A stretch of DNA of 64,000 nt, from NCBI GenBank assembly GCA_040954595.2, contig CM082588.2:10710844-10774843 (forward strand), given 5' to 3'. Shown here in pieces: positions 1 through 12,509 of the stretch (the stretch's first letter is position 1; each line of letters begins with the position of its first letter). The position numbers were made by a program, and so were the translations under genes. Source of the stretch: Balanoglossus misakiensis (taxonomy: Eukaryota; Animalia; Hemichordata). Under the pieces are notes generated by a model that was not told the origin of the DNA, did no database searches, and saw only the letters and a program-made list of their open reading frames with translations.

Positions 1-3000
1 CGTTCTTATGCGCATAGGCCTCTCTATTTGTTCTGCGCATCACAACAGAATTTTGTATACAAACGATGCTTTGTTTGGAAGCAACCATGGAAATTTTAGA
101 ACTATCCGTCGATCTACGGAGTCTAGTGGAAAAATTTCTTATGCGCATAGGCATATGTATGTGTTCTACGCATCACAACAGAATTCGGTAAATAAACGAG
201 GCTGTTTGGAAACAACCATGGAAATTTTACAACTGTCTGTCGATCTACCGAGTCTGGTGGAAAAGTTTCTTATGCGCATAGGCCTATTACGTGTTCTGCG
301 CCTCACAAGAGAATTCGGTAAATAAACGAGGCTTTTTGGAAGCAACCATGGAAATTTTAGAACTATCCGTCGATCTACAGAGTCTAGTGGAAAACGTTCT
401 TATGCGCATAGGCCTATCTATGTATTATGCGCATCACAACAGAATTTTGTAAACAAACGAGGATGTGTTTGGAAGCAACCATGGAAATTTTAGAACTATC
501 CGTCGATCTACAGAGTCTAGTGAAAAACGTTCTTATGCGCATAGGCCTATCTATGTATTATGCGCATCACAACAGAAATCGCTAAATAAACGAGGCTGTA
601 TTTGGAAGCAACCATGTAAATTTTACAACTATCCGTCGATCTACGGAGTCTAGTGGAAAAATTTCTTATGCGCATAGGCATATGTATGTGTTCTGCGTCT
701 CACAACAGAATTCTGTAAATAAACGAGGCTGTTTGGAAGCAACCATGGAAATTTTAGAACTATCCGTCGATCTACAGAGTCTAGTGGAAAACGTTCTTAT
801 GCGCATAGGCCTATCTATGTATTATGCGCATCACAACAGAATTTTGTAAACAAACGAGGATGTGTTTGGAAGCAACCATGGAAATTTTAGAACTATCCGT
901 CGATATACAGAGTCTAGTGGAAAACGTTCATATGCGCATAGGCCTCTCTATGTGTTCTGCGCATCACAACAGAATTTTGTAAACAAACGATGCTTTGTTT
1001 GGAAGCAACCATGGAAATTTTAGAACTATCCGTCGATCTACGGAGTCTAGTGGAAAAATTTCTTATGCGCATAGGCATATGTATGTGTTCTACGCATCAC
1101 AACAGAATTCGGTAAATAAACGAGGCTGTTTGGAAACAACCATGGAAATTTTACAACTATCCGTCGATCTACAGAGTCTGGTGGAAAAGTCTCTTATGCG
1201 CATAGGCCTATTACGTGTTCTGCGCCTCACAACAGAATTCGGTAAATAAAAGAGGCTGTTTGGAAGCAACCATGGAAATTTGAGAACTATCCGTCGATCT
1301 ACAGAGTCTAGTGAAAAACGTTCTTATGCGCATAGGCCTATCTATGTATTATGCGCATCACAACAGAAATCGCTAAATAAACGAGGCTGTATTTGGAAGC
1401 AACCATGTAAATTTTACAACTATCCGTCGATCTACGGAGTCTAGTGGAAAAATGTCTTATGCGCATAGGCATATGTATGTGTTCTGCGTCTCACAACAGA
1501 ATTCTGTAAATAAACGAGGCTGTTTGGAAGCAACCATGGAAATTTTAGAACTATCCGTCGATCTACAGAGTCTAGTGGAAAACGTTCTTATGCGCATAGG
1601 CCTATCTATGTATTATGCGCATCACAACAGAATTTTGTAAACAAACGAGGATGTGTTTGGAAGCAACCATGGAAATTTTAGAACTATCCGTCGATATACA
1701 GAGTCTAGTGGAAAACGTTCATATGCGCATAGGCCTCTCTATGTGTTCTGCGCATCACAACAGAATTTTGTAAACAAACGATGCTTTGTTTGGAAGCAAC
1801 CATGGAAATTTAAGAACTATCCGTCGATCTACGGAGTCTAGTGGAAAAATTTCTTATGCGCATAGGCATATGTATGTGTTCTACGCATCACAACAGAATT
1901 CGGTAAATAAACGAGGCTGTTTGGAAACAACCATGGAAATTTTACAACTATCCGTCGATCTACAGAGTCTGGTGGAAAAGTCTCTTATGCGCATAGGCCT
2001 ATTACGTGTTCTGCGCCTCACAACAGAATTCGGTAAATAAAAGAGGCTGTTTGGAAGCAACCATGGAAATTTGAGAACTATCCGTCGATCTACAGAGTCT
2101 AGTGAAAAACGTTCTTATGCGCATAGGCCTATCTATGTATTATGCGCATCACAACAGAAATCGCTAAATAAACAAGGCTGTATTTGGAAGCAACCATGTA
2201 AATTTTACAACTATCCGTCGATCTACGGAGTCTAGTGGAAAACGTTCTTATGCGCATAGGCCTATCTATGTATTATGCGCATCACAACAGAATTTTGTAA
2301 ACAAACGAGGATGTGTTTGGAAGCAACCATGGAAATTTTAGAACTATCCGTCGATATACAGAGTCTAGTGGAAAACGTTCATATGCGCATAGGCCTCTCT
2401 ATGTGTTCTGCGCATCACAACAGAATTTTGTAAACAAACGATGCTTTGTTTGGAAGCAACCATGGAAATTTTAGAACTATCCGTCGATCTACGGAGTCTA
2501 GTGGAAAAATTTCTTATGCGCATAGGCATATGTATGTGTTCTACGCATCACAACAGAATTCGGTAAATAAACGAGGTTGTTTGGAAACAACCATGGAAAT
2601 TTTACAACTATCCGTCGATCTACAGAGTCTGGTGGAAAAGTCTCTTATGCGCATAGGCCTATTACGTGTTCTGCGCCTCACAACAGAATTCGGTAAATAA
2701 AAGAGGCTGTTTTGAAGCAACCATGGAAATTTTAGAACTATCCGTCGATCTACAGAGTCTAGTGAAAAACGTTCTTATGCGCATAGGCCTATCTATGTAT
2801 TATGCGCATCACAACAGAAATCGCTAAATAAACGAGGCTGTATTTGGAAGCAACCATGTAAATTTTACAACTATCCGTCGATCTACGGAGTCTAGTGGAA
2901 AAATTTCTTATGCGCATAGGCATATGTATGTGTTCTGCGTCTCACAACAGAATTCTGTAAATAAACGAGGCTGTTTGGAAGCAACCATGGAAATTTTAGA

Positions 3001-4529
3001 ACTATCCGTCGATCTACAGAGTATAGTGGAAAACGTTCATATGCGCATAGGCCTATCTATGTGTTCTGCGCATCACAACAGAATTTTGTAAACAAACGAT
3101 GCTTTGTTTGGAAGCAACCATGGAAATTTTAGAACTATCCGTCGATCTACGGAGTCTAGTGGTAAAATTTCTTATGCGCATAGGCATATGTATGTATTCT
3201 ACGCATCACAACAGAATTCGGTAAATAAACGAGGCTGTTTGGAAGCAACCATGGAAATTTTAGAACTATCCGTCGATCTACAGAGTCTACTGGAAAACGT
3301 TCTTATGCGCATAGGCCTATCTATGTATTATGCGCATCACAACATAATTTTGTAAACAAACGAGGATGTGTTTGGAAGCAACCATGGAAATTTTAGAAGT
3401 ATCCGTCGATATACAGAGTCTAGTGGAAAACTTTCTTATGCGCATAGGCCTCTCTATGTGTTCTGCGCATCACAACAGAATTTTGTAAACAAACGATGCT
3501 TTGTTTGGAAGCAACCATGGAAATTTTAGAACTATCCGTCGATCTACGGAGTCTAGTGGAAAAATTTCTTATGCGCAAAGGCATATGTATGTGTTCTACG
3601 CATCACAACAGAATTCGGTAAATAAACGAGGCTGTTTGGAAACAACCATGGAAATTTTACAACTATCCGTCGATCTACAGAGTCTGGTGGAAAAGTTTCT
3701 TTTGCGCATAGGCCTATTACGTGTTCTGCGCCTCACAACAGAATTCGGTAAATAAACGAGGCTGTTTGGAAGCAACCATGGAAATTTTAGAACTATCCGT
3801 CGATCTACAGAGTCTAGTCGAAAACGTTCTTATGCGCATAGGCCTATCTATGTATTATGCGCATCACAACAGAAACCGCTAAATAAACGAGGCTGTATTT
3901 GGAAGCAACCATGTAAATTTTACAACTATCCGTCGATCTACAGAGTCTGGTGGAAAACTTTCTTATGCGCATAGGCCTATTACGTGTTCTGCGCCTCACA
4001 ACAGAATTCGGTAAATAAACGAGGCTGTTTGGAAGCAACCATGGAAATTTTAGAACTATCCGTCGATCTACAGAGTCTAGTCGAAAACGTTCTTATGCGC
4101 ATAGGCCTATCTATGTATTATGCGCATCACAACAGAAACCGCTAAATAAACGAGGCTGTATTTGGAAGCAACCATGTAAATTTTACAACTATCCGTCGAT
4201 CTACAGAGTCTGGTGGAAAACTTTCTTATGCGCATAGGCCTAGTACGTGTTCTGCGCTTAACAACAGAATTCGGTAAATAAACGAGGCTGTTTGGAAGCA
4301 ACCATGGAAATTTTAGAACTATCCGTCGATCTACAGAGTCTAATGGAAAAATGTCTTATGCGCATAGGCCTATCATGTGTTCTGCGCCTCACAACAGAAT
4401 TCCGTAAATAAACGAGGCTGTTTGGAAGCAACCGTGGAAATTTTAGAACTATCTCTCGATCTACAGAGTATAGTGGAAAACTTTCATATGCGCATAGGCC
4501 TATCTATGTGTTATGCGCCTCACAACAGA

Positions 4530-7500
4530 ATTCCGTAAATAAACGAGGCTGTTTGGAAGCAAACATGGAAATTTTAGAACTATCTGTCGATCTACAGAGT
4601 ATAGTGGAAAACGTTCATATGCGCATAGGCCTATCTATGTGTTATGCGCATCACAACAGAATTTTGTAAACAAACGAAGCGGAGTTTGGAAGCAACCATG
4701 GAAATTTTAGAACTATCTCTCGATCTACAGAGTATAGTGGAAAACGTTCATTTGCCCATAGGCCTATCTATGTGTTCTGCGCGTCACAACAGAATTTTGT
4801 AAACAAACGATGCTTTGTTTGGAAGCAACCATGGAAATTTAAGAACTATCCATCGATCTACAGAGTCTATAGTGGAAAACTTTCTTATGCACATATGCCT
4901 ATCTATGTGTTCTGCGCCTCAAAACAGAATTCCGTAAATAAAAGAGGCTGTTTGGAAGCAAACATGGAAATTCAAGAACTATCTCTCGATCTACAGAGTA
5001 TAGTGGAAAACGTTCATATGCGCATAGGCCTATCATGTGTTATGCACATCACAACAGAATTTTGTAAACAAACGAGGCTTTGTTTGGAAGCAACAATGGA
5101 AATTTTAGAACTATCTGTCGATCTACTGAGTATAGTGGAAAACGTTCATATGCGCATAGGCCTATATATGTGTTCTGCGCATCACAACAGAATTTTGTAA
5201 ACAATCGAGGATGTGTTTGGAAGCAACAATGGAAATTTTAGAACTATCCGTCGATCTACGGAGTATAGTGGAAAACGTTCATATGCGCATAGGCCTATAT
5301 ATGTGTTCTGCGCATCACAACAGAATTTTGTAAACAAACGAGGCTTTGTTTGGAAGCAACAATGGAAATTTTAGAACTATCTCTCGATCTACAGAGTATA
5401 GTGGAAAACGTTCTTATGCGCATAGGCCTCTCTATGTGTTCTGCGCATCACAACAGAATTTTGTAAACAAACGATGCTTTGTTTGGAAGCAACCATGGAA
5501 ATTTTAGAACTATCCGTCGATCTACGGAGTCTAGTGGAAAAATTTCTTATGCGCATAGGCATATGTATGTGTTCTACGCATCACAACAGAATTCGGTAAA
5601 TAAACGAGGCTGTTTGGAAACAACCATGGAAATTTTACAACTATCCGTCGATCTACAGAGTCTGGTGGAAAAGTTTCTTATGCGCATAGGCCTATTACGT
5701 GTTCTGCGCCTCACAACAGAATTCGGTAAATAAACGAGGCTGTTTGGAAGCAACCATGGACATTTTAGAACTATCCGTCGATCTACAGAGTCTAGTGGAA
5801 AACGTTCTTATGCGCATAGGCCTATCTATGTATTATGCGCATCACAACATAATTTTGTAAACAAACGAGGATGTGTTTGGAAGCAACCATGGAAATTTTA
5901 GAAATATCCGTCGATATACAGAGACTAGTGGAAAACGTTCTTATGCGCATAGGCCTCTCTATGTGTTCTGCGCATCACAACAGAATTTTGTAAACAAACG
6001 ATGCTTTGTTTGGAAGCAACCATGGAAATTTTAGAACTATCCGTCGATCTACGGAGTCTAGTGGAAAAATTTCTTATGCGCATAGGCATATGTATGTGTT
6101 CTACGCATCACAACAGAATTTGGTAAATAAACGAGGCTGTTTGGAAGCAACCATGGAAATTTTAGAACTATCCGTCGATCTACAGAGTCTAGTGGAAAAC
6201 GTTCTTATGCGCATAGGCCTATCTATGTATTATGCGCATCACAACAGAAATCGCTAAATAAACGAGGCTGTATTTGGAAGCAACCATGGAAATTTTAGAA
6301 ATATCCGTCGATATACAGAGACTAGTGGAAAACGTTCTTATGCGCATAGGCCTCTCTATGTGTTCTGCGCATCACAACAGAATTTTGTAAACAAACGATG
6401 CTTTGTTTGGAAGCAACCATGGAAATTTTAGAACTATCCGTCGATCTACGGAGTCTAGTGGAAAAATTTCTTATGCGCATAGGCATATGTATGTGTTCTA
6501 CGCATCACAACAGAATTTGGTAAATAAACGAGGCTGTTTGGAAGCAACCATGGAAATTTTAGAACTATCCGTCGATCTACAGAGTCTAGTGGAAAACGTT
6601 CTTATGCGCATAGGCCTATCTATGTATTATGCGCATCACAACAGAAATCGCTAAATAAACGAGGCTGTATTTGGAAGCAACCATGTAAATTTTACAACTA
6701 TCCGTCGATCTACAGAGTCTGGTGGAAAACTTTCTTATGCGCACAGGCCTATTACGTGTTCTGCGCCTAACAACAGAATTCCGTAAATAAACGAGGCTGT
6801 TTGGAAGCAAACATGGAAATTTTAGAACTATCTGTCGATCTACAGAGTATAGTGGAAAACGTTCATATGCGCATAGGCCTATCTATGTGTTATGCGCATC
6901 ACAACAGAATTTTGTAAACAAACGAAGCGGAGTTTGGAAGCAACCATGGAAATTTTAGAACTATCTCTCGATCTACAGAGTATAGTGGAAAACGTTCATT
7001 TGCGCATAGGCCTATCTATGTGTTCTGCGCGTCACAACAGAATTTTGTAAACAAACGATGCTTTGTTTGGAAGCAACCATGGAAATTTAAGAACTATCCA
7101 TCGATCTACAGAGTCTATAGTGGAAAACTTTCTTATGCACATATGCCTATCTATGTGTTCTGCGCCTCAAAACAGAATTCCGTAAATAAAAGAGGCTGTT
7201 TGGAAGCAAACATGGAAATTCAAGAACTATCTCTCGATCTACAGAGTATAGTGGAAAACGTTCATATGCGCATAGGCCTATCATGTGTTATGCACATCAC
7301 AACAGAATTTTGTAAACAAACGAGGCTTTGTTTGGAAGCAACAATGGAAATTTTAGAACTATCTGTCGATCTACTGAGTATAGTGGAAAACGTTCATATG
7401 CGCATAGGCCTATATATGTGTTCTGCGCATCACAACAGAATTTTGTAAACAATCGAGGATGTGTTTGGAAGCAACAATGGAAATTTTAGAACTATCCGTC

Positions 7501-8630
7501 GATCTACGGAGTATAGTGGAAAACGTTCATATGCGCATAGGCCTATATATGTGTTCTGCGCATCACAACAGAATTTTGTAAACAAACGAGGCTTTGTTTG
7601 GAAGCAACAATGGAAATTTTAGAACTATCTCTCGATCTACAGAGTATAGTGGAAAACGTTCTTATGCGCATAGGCCTCTCTATGTGTTCTGCGCATCACA
7701 ACAGAATTTTGTAAACAAACGATGCTTTGTTTGGAAGCAACCATGGAAATTTTAGAACTATCCGTCGATCTACGGAGTCTAGTGGAAAAATTTCTTATGC
7801 GCATAGGCATATGTATGTGTTCTACGCATCACAACAGAATTCGGTAAATAAACGAGGCTGTTTGGAAACAACCATGGAAATTTTACAACTATCCGTCGAT
7901 CTACAGAGTCTGGTGGAAAAGTTTCTTATGCGCATAGGCCTATTACGTGTTCTGCGCCTCACAACAGAATTCGGTAAATAAACGAGGCTGTTTGGAAGCA
8001 ACCATGGAAATTTTAGAACTATCCGTCGATCTACAGAGTCTAGTGGAAAACGTTCTTATGCGCATAGGCCTATCTATGTATTATGCGCATCACAACATAA
8101 TTTTGTAAACAAACGAGGATGTGTTTGGAAGCAACCATGGAAATTTTAGAACTATCCGTCGATATACAGAGACTAGTGGAAAACGTTCTTATGCGCATAG
8201 GCCTCTCTATGTGTTCTGCGCATCACAACAGAATTTTGTAAACAAACGATGCTTTGTTTGGAAGCAACCATGGAAATTTTAGAACTATCCGTCGATCTAC
8301 GGAGTCTAGTGGAAAAATTTCTTATGCGCATAGGCATATGTATGTGTTCTACGCATCACAACAGAATTTGGTAAATAAACGAGGCTGTTTGGAAGCAACC
8401 ATGGAAATTTTAGAACTATCCGTCGATCTACAGAGTCTAGTGGAAAACGTTCTTATGCGCATAGGCCTATCTATGTATTATGCGCATCACAACAGAAATC
8501 GCTAAATAAACGAGGCTGTATTTGGAAGCAACCATGTAAATTTTACAACTATCCGTCGATCTACAGAGTCTGGTGGAAAACTTTCTTATGCGCACAGGCC
8601 TATTACGTGTTCTGCGCCTAACAACAGAAT
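4530..8630. repeat. Tandem multi-monomer duplication, offset 2248 bp (17 monomers); the first copy has an internal 397-bp trimer duplication
   Basis: Identical ORF-track translations at 4772/7020, 5479/7727 and 6006/8254 (offset 2248) and 6006/6403 (offset 397). The rare variant GCACAGGCC is at 6741 and 8592 (1851 = 2248-397). Confidence 0.85.
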
Positions 8631-9569
8631 TCGGTAAATAAACGAGGCTGTTTGGAAGCAACCATGGAAATTTAAGAACTATCCGTCGATCTACAGAGAC
8701 TTTAGTGGAAAAATGTTTTATGCGCATAGGCCTATCATGTGTTATGCACATCACAACAGAATTTTGTAAAGAAACGAGGCTTTGTTTGGAAGCAACAATT
8801 GAAATTTTAGAACTATCTCTCGATCTACGGAGTATAGTGGAAAACGTTCATATGCGCATAGGCCTATCTATGTGTTCTGAGCATCACAACAGAATTTTGT
8901 AAACAATCGAGGATGTGTTTGGAAGCAATCATGGAAATTTTAGAACAATCCGTCGATCTACAGAGTCTAGTGGGAAACTTTCTTATGCGCATAGGCATAT
9001 GTATGTGTTCAGCGCATCACAACAGAATTTTGTAAATGAACGAGGCTGTGTTTGGAAACAACCATGGAAATTTTAGAACTTTCTCTCGATCTACAGAGTC
9101 TAGTGGAAAACGTTCTTATGCGCATAGGCGTATCTATGTGTTATGCGCATCACAACAGAAATCGGTAAATAAACGAGGCTGTATTTGGAAGCAACCATGT
9201 AAATTTTACAACTATCCGTCGATCTACAGATTTTGGTGGAAAACTTTCTTATGCGCATAGGCCTATTACGTGTTCTGCGCCTAACAACAGAATTCGGTAA
9301 ATAAACGAGGCTGTTTGGAAACAACCATGGAAATTTTAGAACTATCCGTCGATCTACAGAGTCTAGTGGAAAAACGTTCATGTGCGCATAGGCCTATCAT
9401 GTGTTATGCACATCACAACAAAATTTTGTAAACAAACGAGGCTTTGTTTGGAAGCAACAATGGAAATTTTAGAACTATCTGTCGATCTACGGAGTATAGT
9501 GGAAAACGTTCATATGCGCATAGGCCTATATATGTGTTCTGCGCATCACAACAGAATTTTGTAAACAAT

Positions 9570-12150
9570 CGAGGATGTGTTTGGAAGCAATCATGGAAAT
9601 TTTAGAACTATCCGTCGATCTACAGAGTCTATAGTGGAAAACTTTCTTATGCACATATGCCTATCTATGTGTTCTGCGCCTCAAAACAGAATTCCGTAAA
9701 TAAACGAGGCTGTTTGGAAGCAAACATGGAAATTCTAGAACTATCTCTCGATCTACAGAGTCTAGTGGAAAACGTTCATATATGCGCATAGGCCTATCAT
9801 GTGTTATGCACATCACAACAGAATTTTGTAAACAAACGAGGCTTTGTTTGGAAGCAACAATGGAAATTTTAGAACTATCTGTCGATCTACGGAGTATAGT
9901 GGAAAACGTTCATATGCGCATAGGCCTATATATGTGTTCTGCGCATCACAACAGAATTTTGTAAACAATCGAGGCTTTGTTTGGAAGCAACAATGGAAAT
10001 TTTAGAACTATCTGTCGATCTACGGAGTATAGTGGAAAACGTTCATATGCGCATAGGCCTATATATGTGTTCTGCGCATCACAACAGAATTTTGTAAACA
10101 AACGAGGCTTTGTTTGGAAGCAACAATGGAAATTTTAGAACTATCTCTCGATCTACAGAGTATAGTGGAAAACGTTCTTATGCGCATAGGCCTATCATGT
10201 GTTATGCACATCACAACAGAATTTTGTAAACAATCGAGGATGTGTTTGGAAGCAATCATGGAAATTTTAGAACTATCCGTCGATCTACAGAGTCTAGTGG
10301 GAAACTTTCTTATGCGCATAGGCATATGTATGTGTTCAGCGCATCACAACAGAATTTTGTAAATGAACGAGGCTGTGTTTGGAAACAACTATGGAAATTT
10401 TAGAACTATCTCTCGATCTACAGAGTCTAGTGTAAAACTTTATTATGCACATAGGCCTATCTATGTATTATGCGCATCACAACAGAAATCGCTAAATAAA
10501 CGAGGCTGTATTTGGAAGCAACCATGTAAATTTTACAAGTATCCGTCGATCTACAGAGTCTGGTGGAAAACTTTCTTATGCGCATAGGCCTATTACGTGT
10601 TCTGCGCCTAACAACAGAATTCGGTAAATAAACGAGGCTGTTTGGAAGCAACCATGGAAATTTTTGAACTATCCGTCGATCTACAGAGTCTAGTGGAAAA
10701 ATGTCTTATGCGCATAGGCCTATCGTGTGTTCTGCGCCTCACAACATAATTCCGTAAATAAACGAGGCTGTTTGGAAGCAACCGTGGAAATTTTAGAACT
10801 ATCTCTCGATCTACAGAGTATAGTGGAAAACGTTCATATGCGCATAGGCCTATCATGTGTTATGCACATCACAACATAATTTTGTAAACAAACGAGGCTT
10901 TGTTTGGAAGCAACAATGAAAATTTTAGAACTATCTGTCGATCTACGGAGTATAGTGGAAAACGTTCATATGCGCATAGGCCTATATATGTGTTCTGCGC
11001 CTCACAACAGAATTTTGTAAACAATCGAGGATGTGTTTGGAAGCAATCATGGAAATTTTAGAACTATCCGTCGATCTACAGAGTCTATAGTGCAAAACTT
11101 TCTTATGCACATATGCCTATCTATGTGTTCTGCGCCTCAAAACAGAATTCCGTAAATAAACGAGGCTGTTTGGAAGCAAACATGGAAATTCTAGAACTAT
11201 CTCTCGATCTACAGAGTCTAGTGGAAAACGTTCATATATGCGCATAGGCCTATCATGTGTTATGCACATCACAACAGAATTTTGTAAACAAACGAGGCTT
11301 TGTTTGGAAGCAACAATGGAAATTTTAGAACTATCTGTCGATCTACGGAGTATAGTGGAAAACGTTCATATGCGCATAGGCCTATATATGTGTTCTGCGC
11401 ATCACAACAGAATTTTGTAAACAATCGAGGCTTTGTTTGGAAGCAACAATGGAAATTTTAGAACTATCTGTCGATCTACGGAGTATAGTGGAAAACGTTC
11501 ATATGCGCATAGGCCTATATATGTGTTCTGCGCATCACAACAGAATTTTGTAAACAAACGAGGCTTTGTTTGGAAGCAACAATGGAAATTTTAGAACTAT
11601 CTCTCGATCTACAGAGTATAGTGGAAAACGTTCTTATGCGCATAGGCCTATCATGTGTTATGCACATCACAACAGAATTTTGTAAACAATCGAGGATGTG
11701 TTTGGAAGCAATCATGGAAATTTTAGAACTATCCGTCGATCTACAGAGTCTAGTGGGAAACTTTCTTATGCGCATAGGCATATGTATGTGTTCAGCGCAT
11801 CACAACAGAATTTTGTAAATGAACGAGGCTGTGTTTGGAAACAACCATGGAAATTTTAGAACTATCTCTCGATCTACAGAGTCTAGTGTAAAACTTTATT
11901 ATGCACATAGGCCTATCTATGTATTATGCGCATCACAACAGAAATCGCTAAATAAACGAGGCTGTATTTGGAAGCAACCATGTAAATTTTACAACTATCC
12001 GTCGATCTACAGAGTCTGGTGGAAAACTTTCTTATGCGCATAGGCCTATTACGTGTTCTGCGCCTAACAACAGAATTCGGTAAATAAACGAGGCTGTTTG
12101 GAAGCAACCATGGAAATTTTTGAACTATCCGTCGATCTACAGAGTATAGT
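9570..12150. repeat. Tandem duplication, offset 1456 bp (11 monomers), second copy partial
   Basis: Identical translations at 9782/11238, 10059/11515 and 10114/11570. Shared variants TTCATATATGCG and GTGTAAAACT. Confidence 0.82.
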
Positions 12151-12509
12151 GGAAAACGTTCATATGCGCATAGGCCTATCATGTGTTATGCACATCACAA
12201 CATAATTTTGTAAACAAACGAGGCTTTGTTTGGAAGCAACCGTGGAAATTTTAGAACTATCTCTCGATCTACAGAGTATAGTGGAAAACGTTCATATGCG
12301 CATAGGCCTATCATGTGTTATGCACATCACAACATAATTTTGTAAACAAACGAGGCTTTGTTTGGAAGCAACATTGGAAATTTTAGAACTATCTGTCGAT
12401 CTACGGAGTATAGTGGAAAACGTTCATATATGCGCATAGGCCTATATATGTGTTCTGCGCATCACAACAGAATTTTGTAAATGAACGAGGCTGTGTTTGG
12501 AAACAACCA

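Noticed and set aside
183-201. CENP-B box-like motif TTCGGTAAATAAACGAGG
   Set aside because: The canonical box is TTCG-N4-A-N2-CGGG. Here the second half is CGAG and lies 2 nt too far away, and many monomers lack the TTCG.
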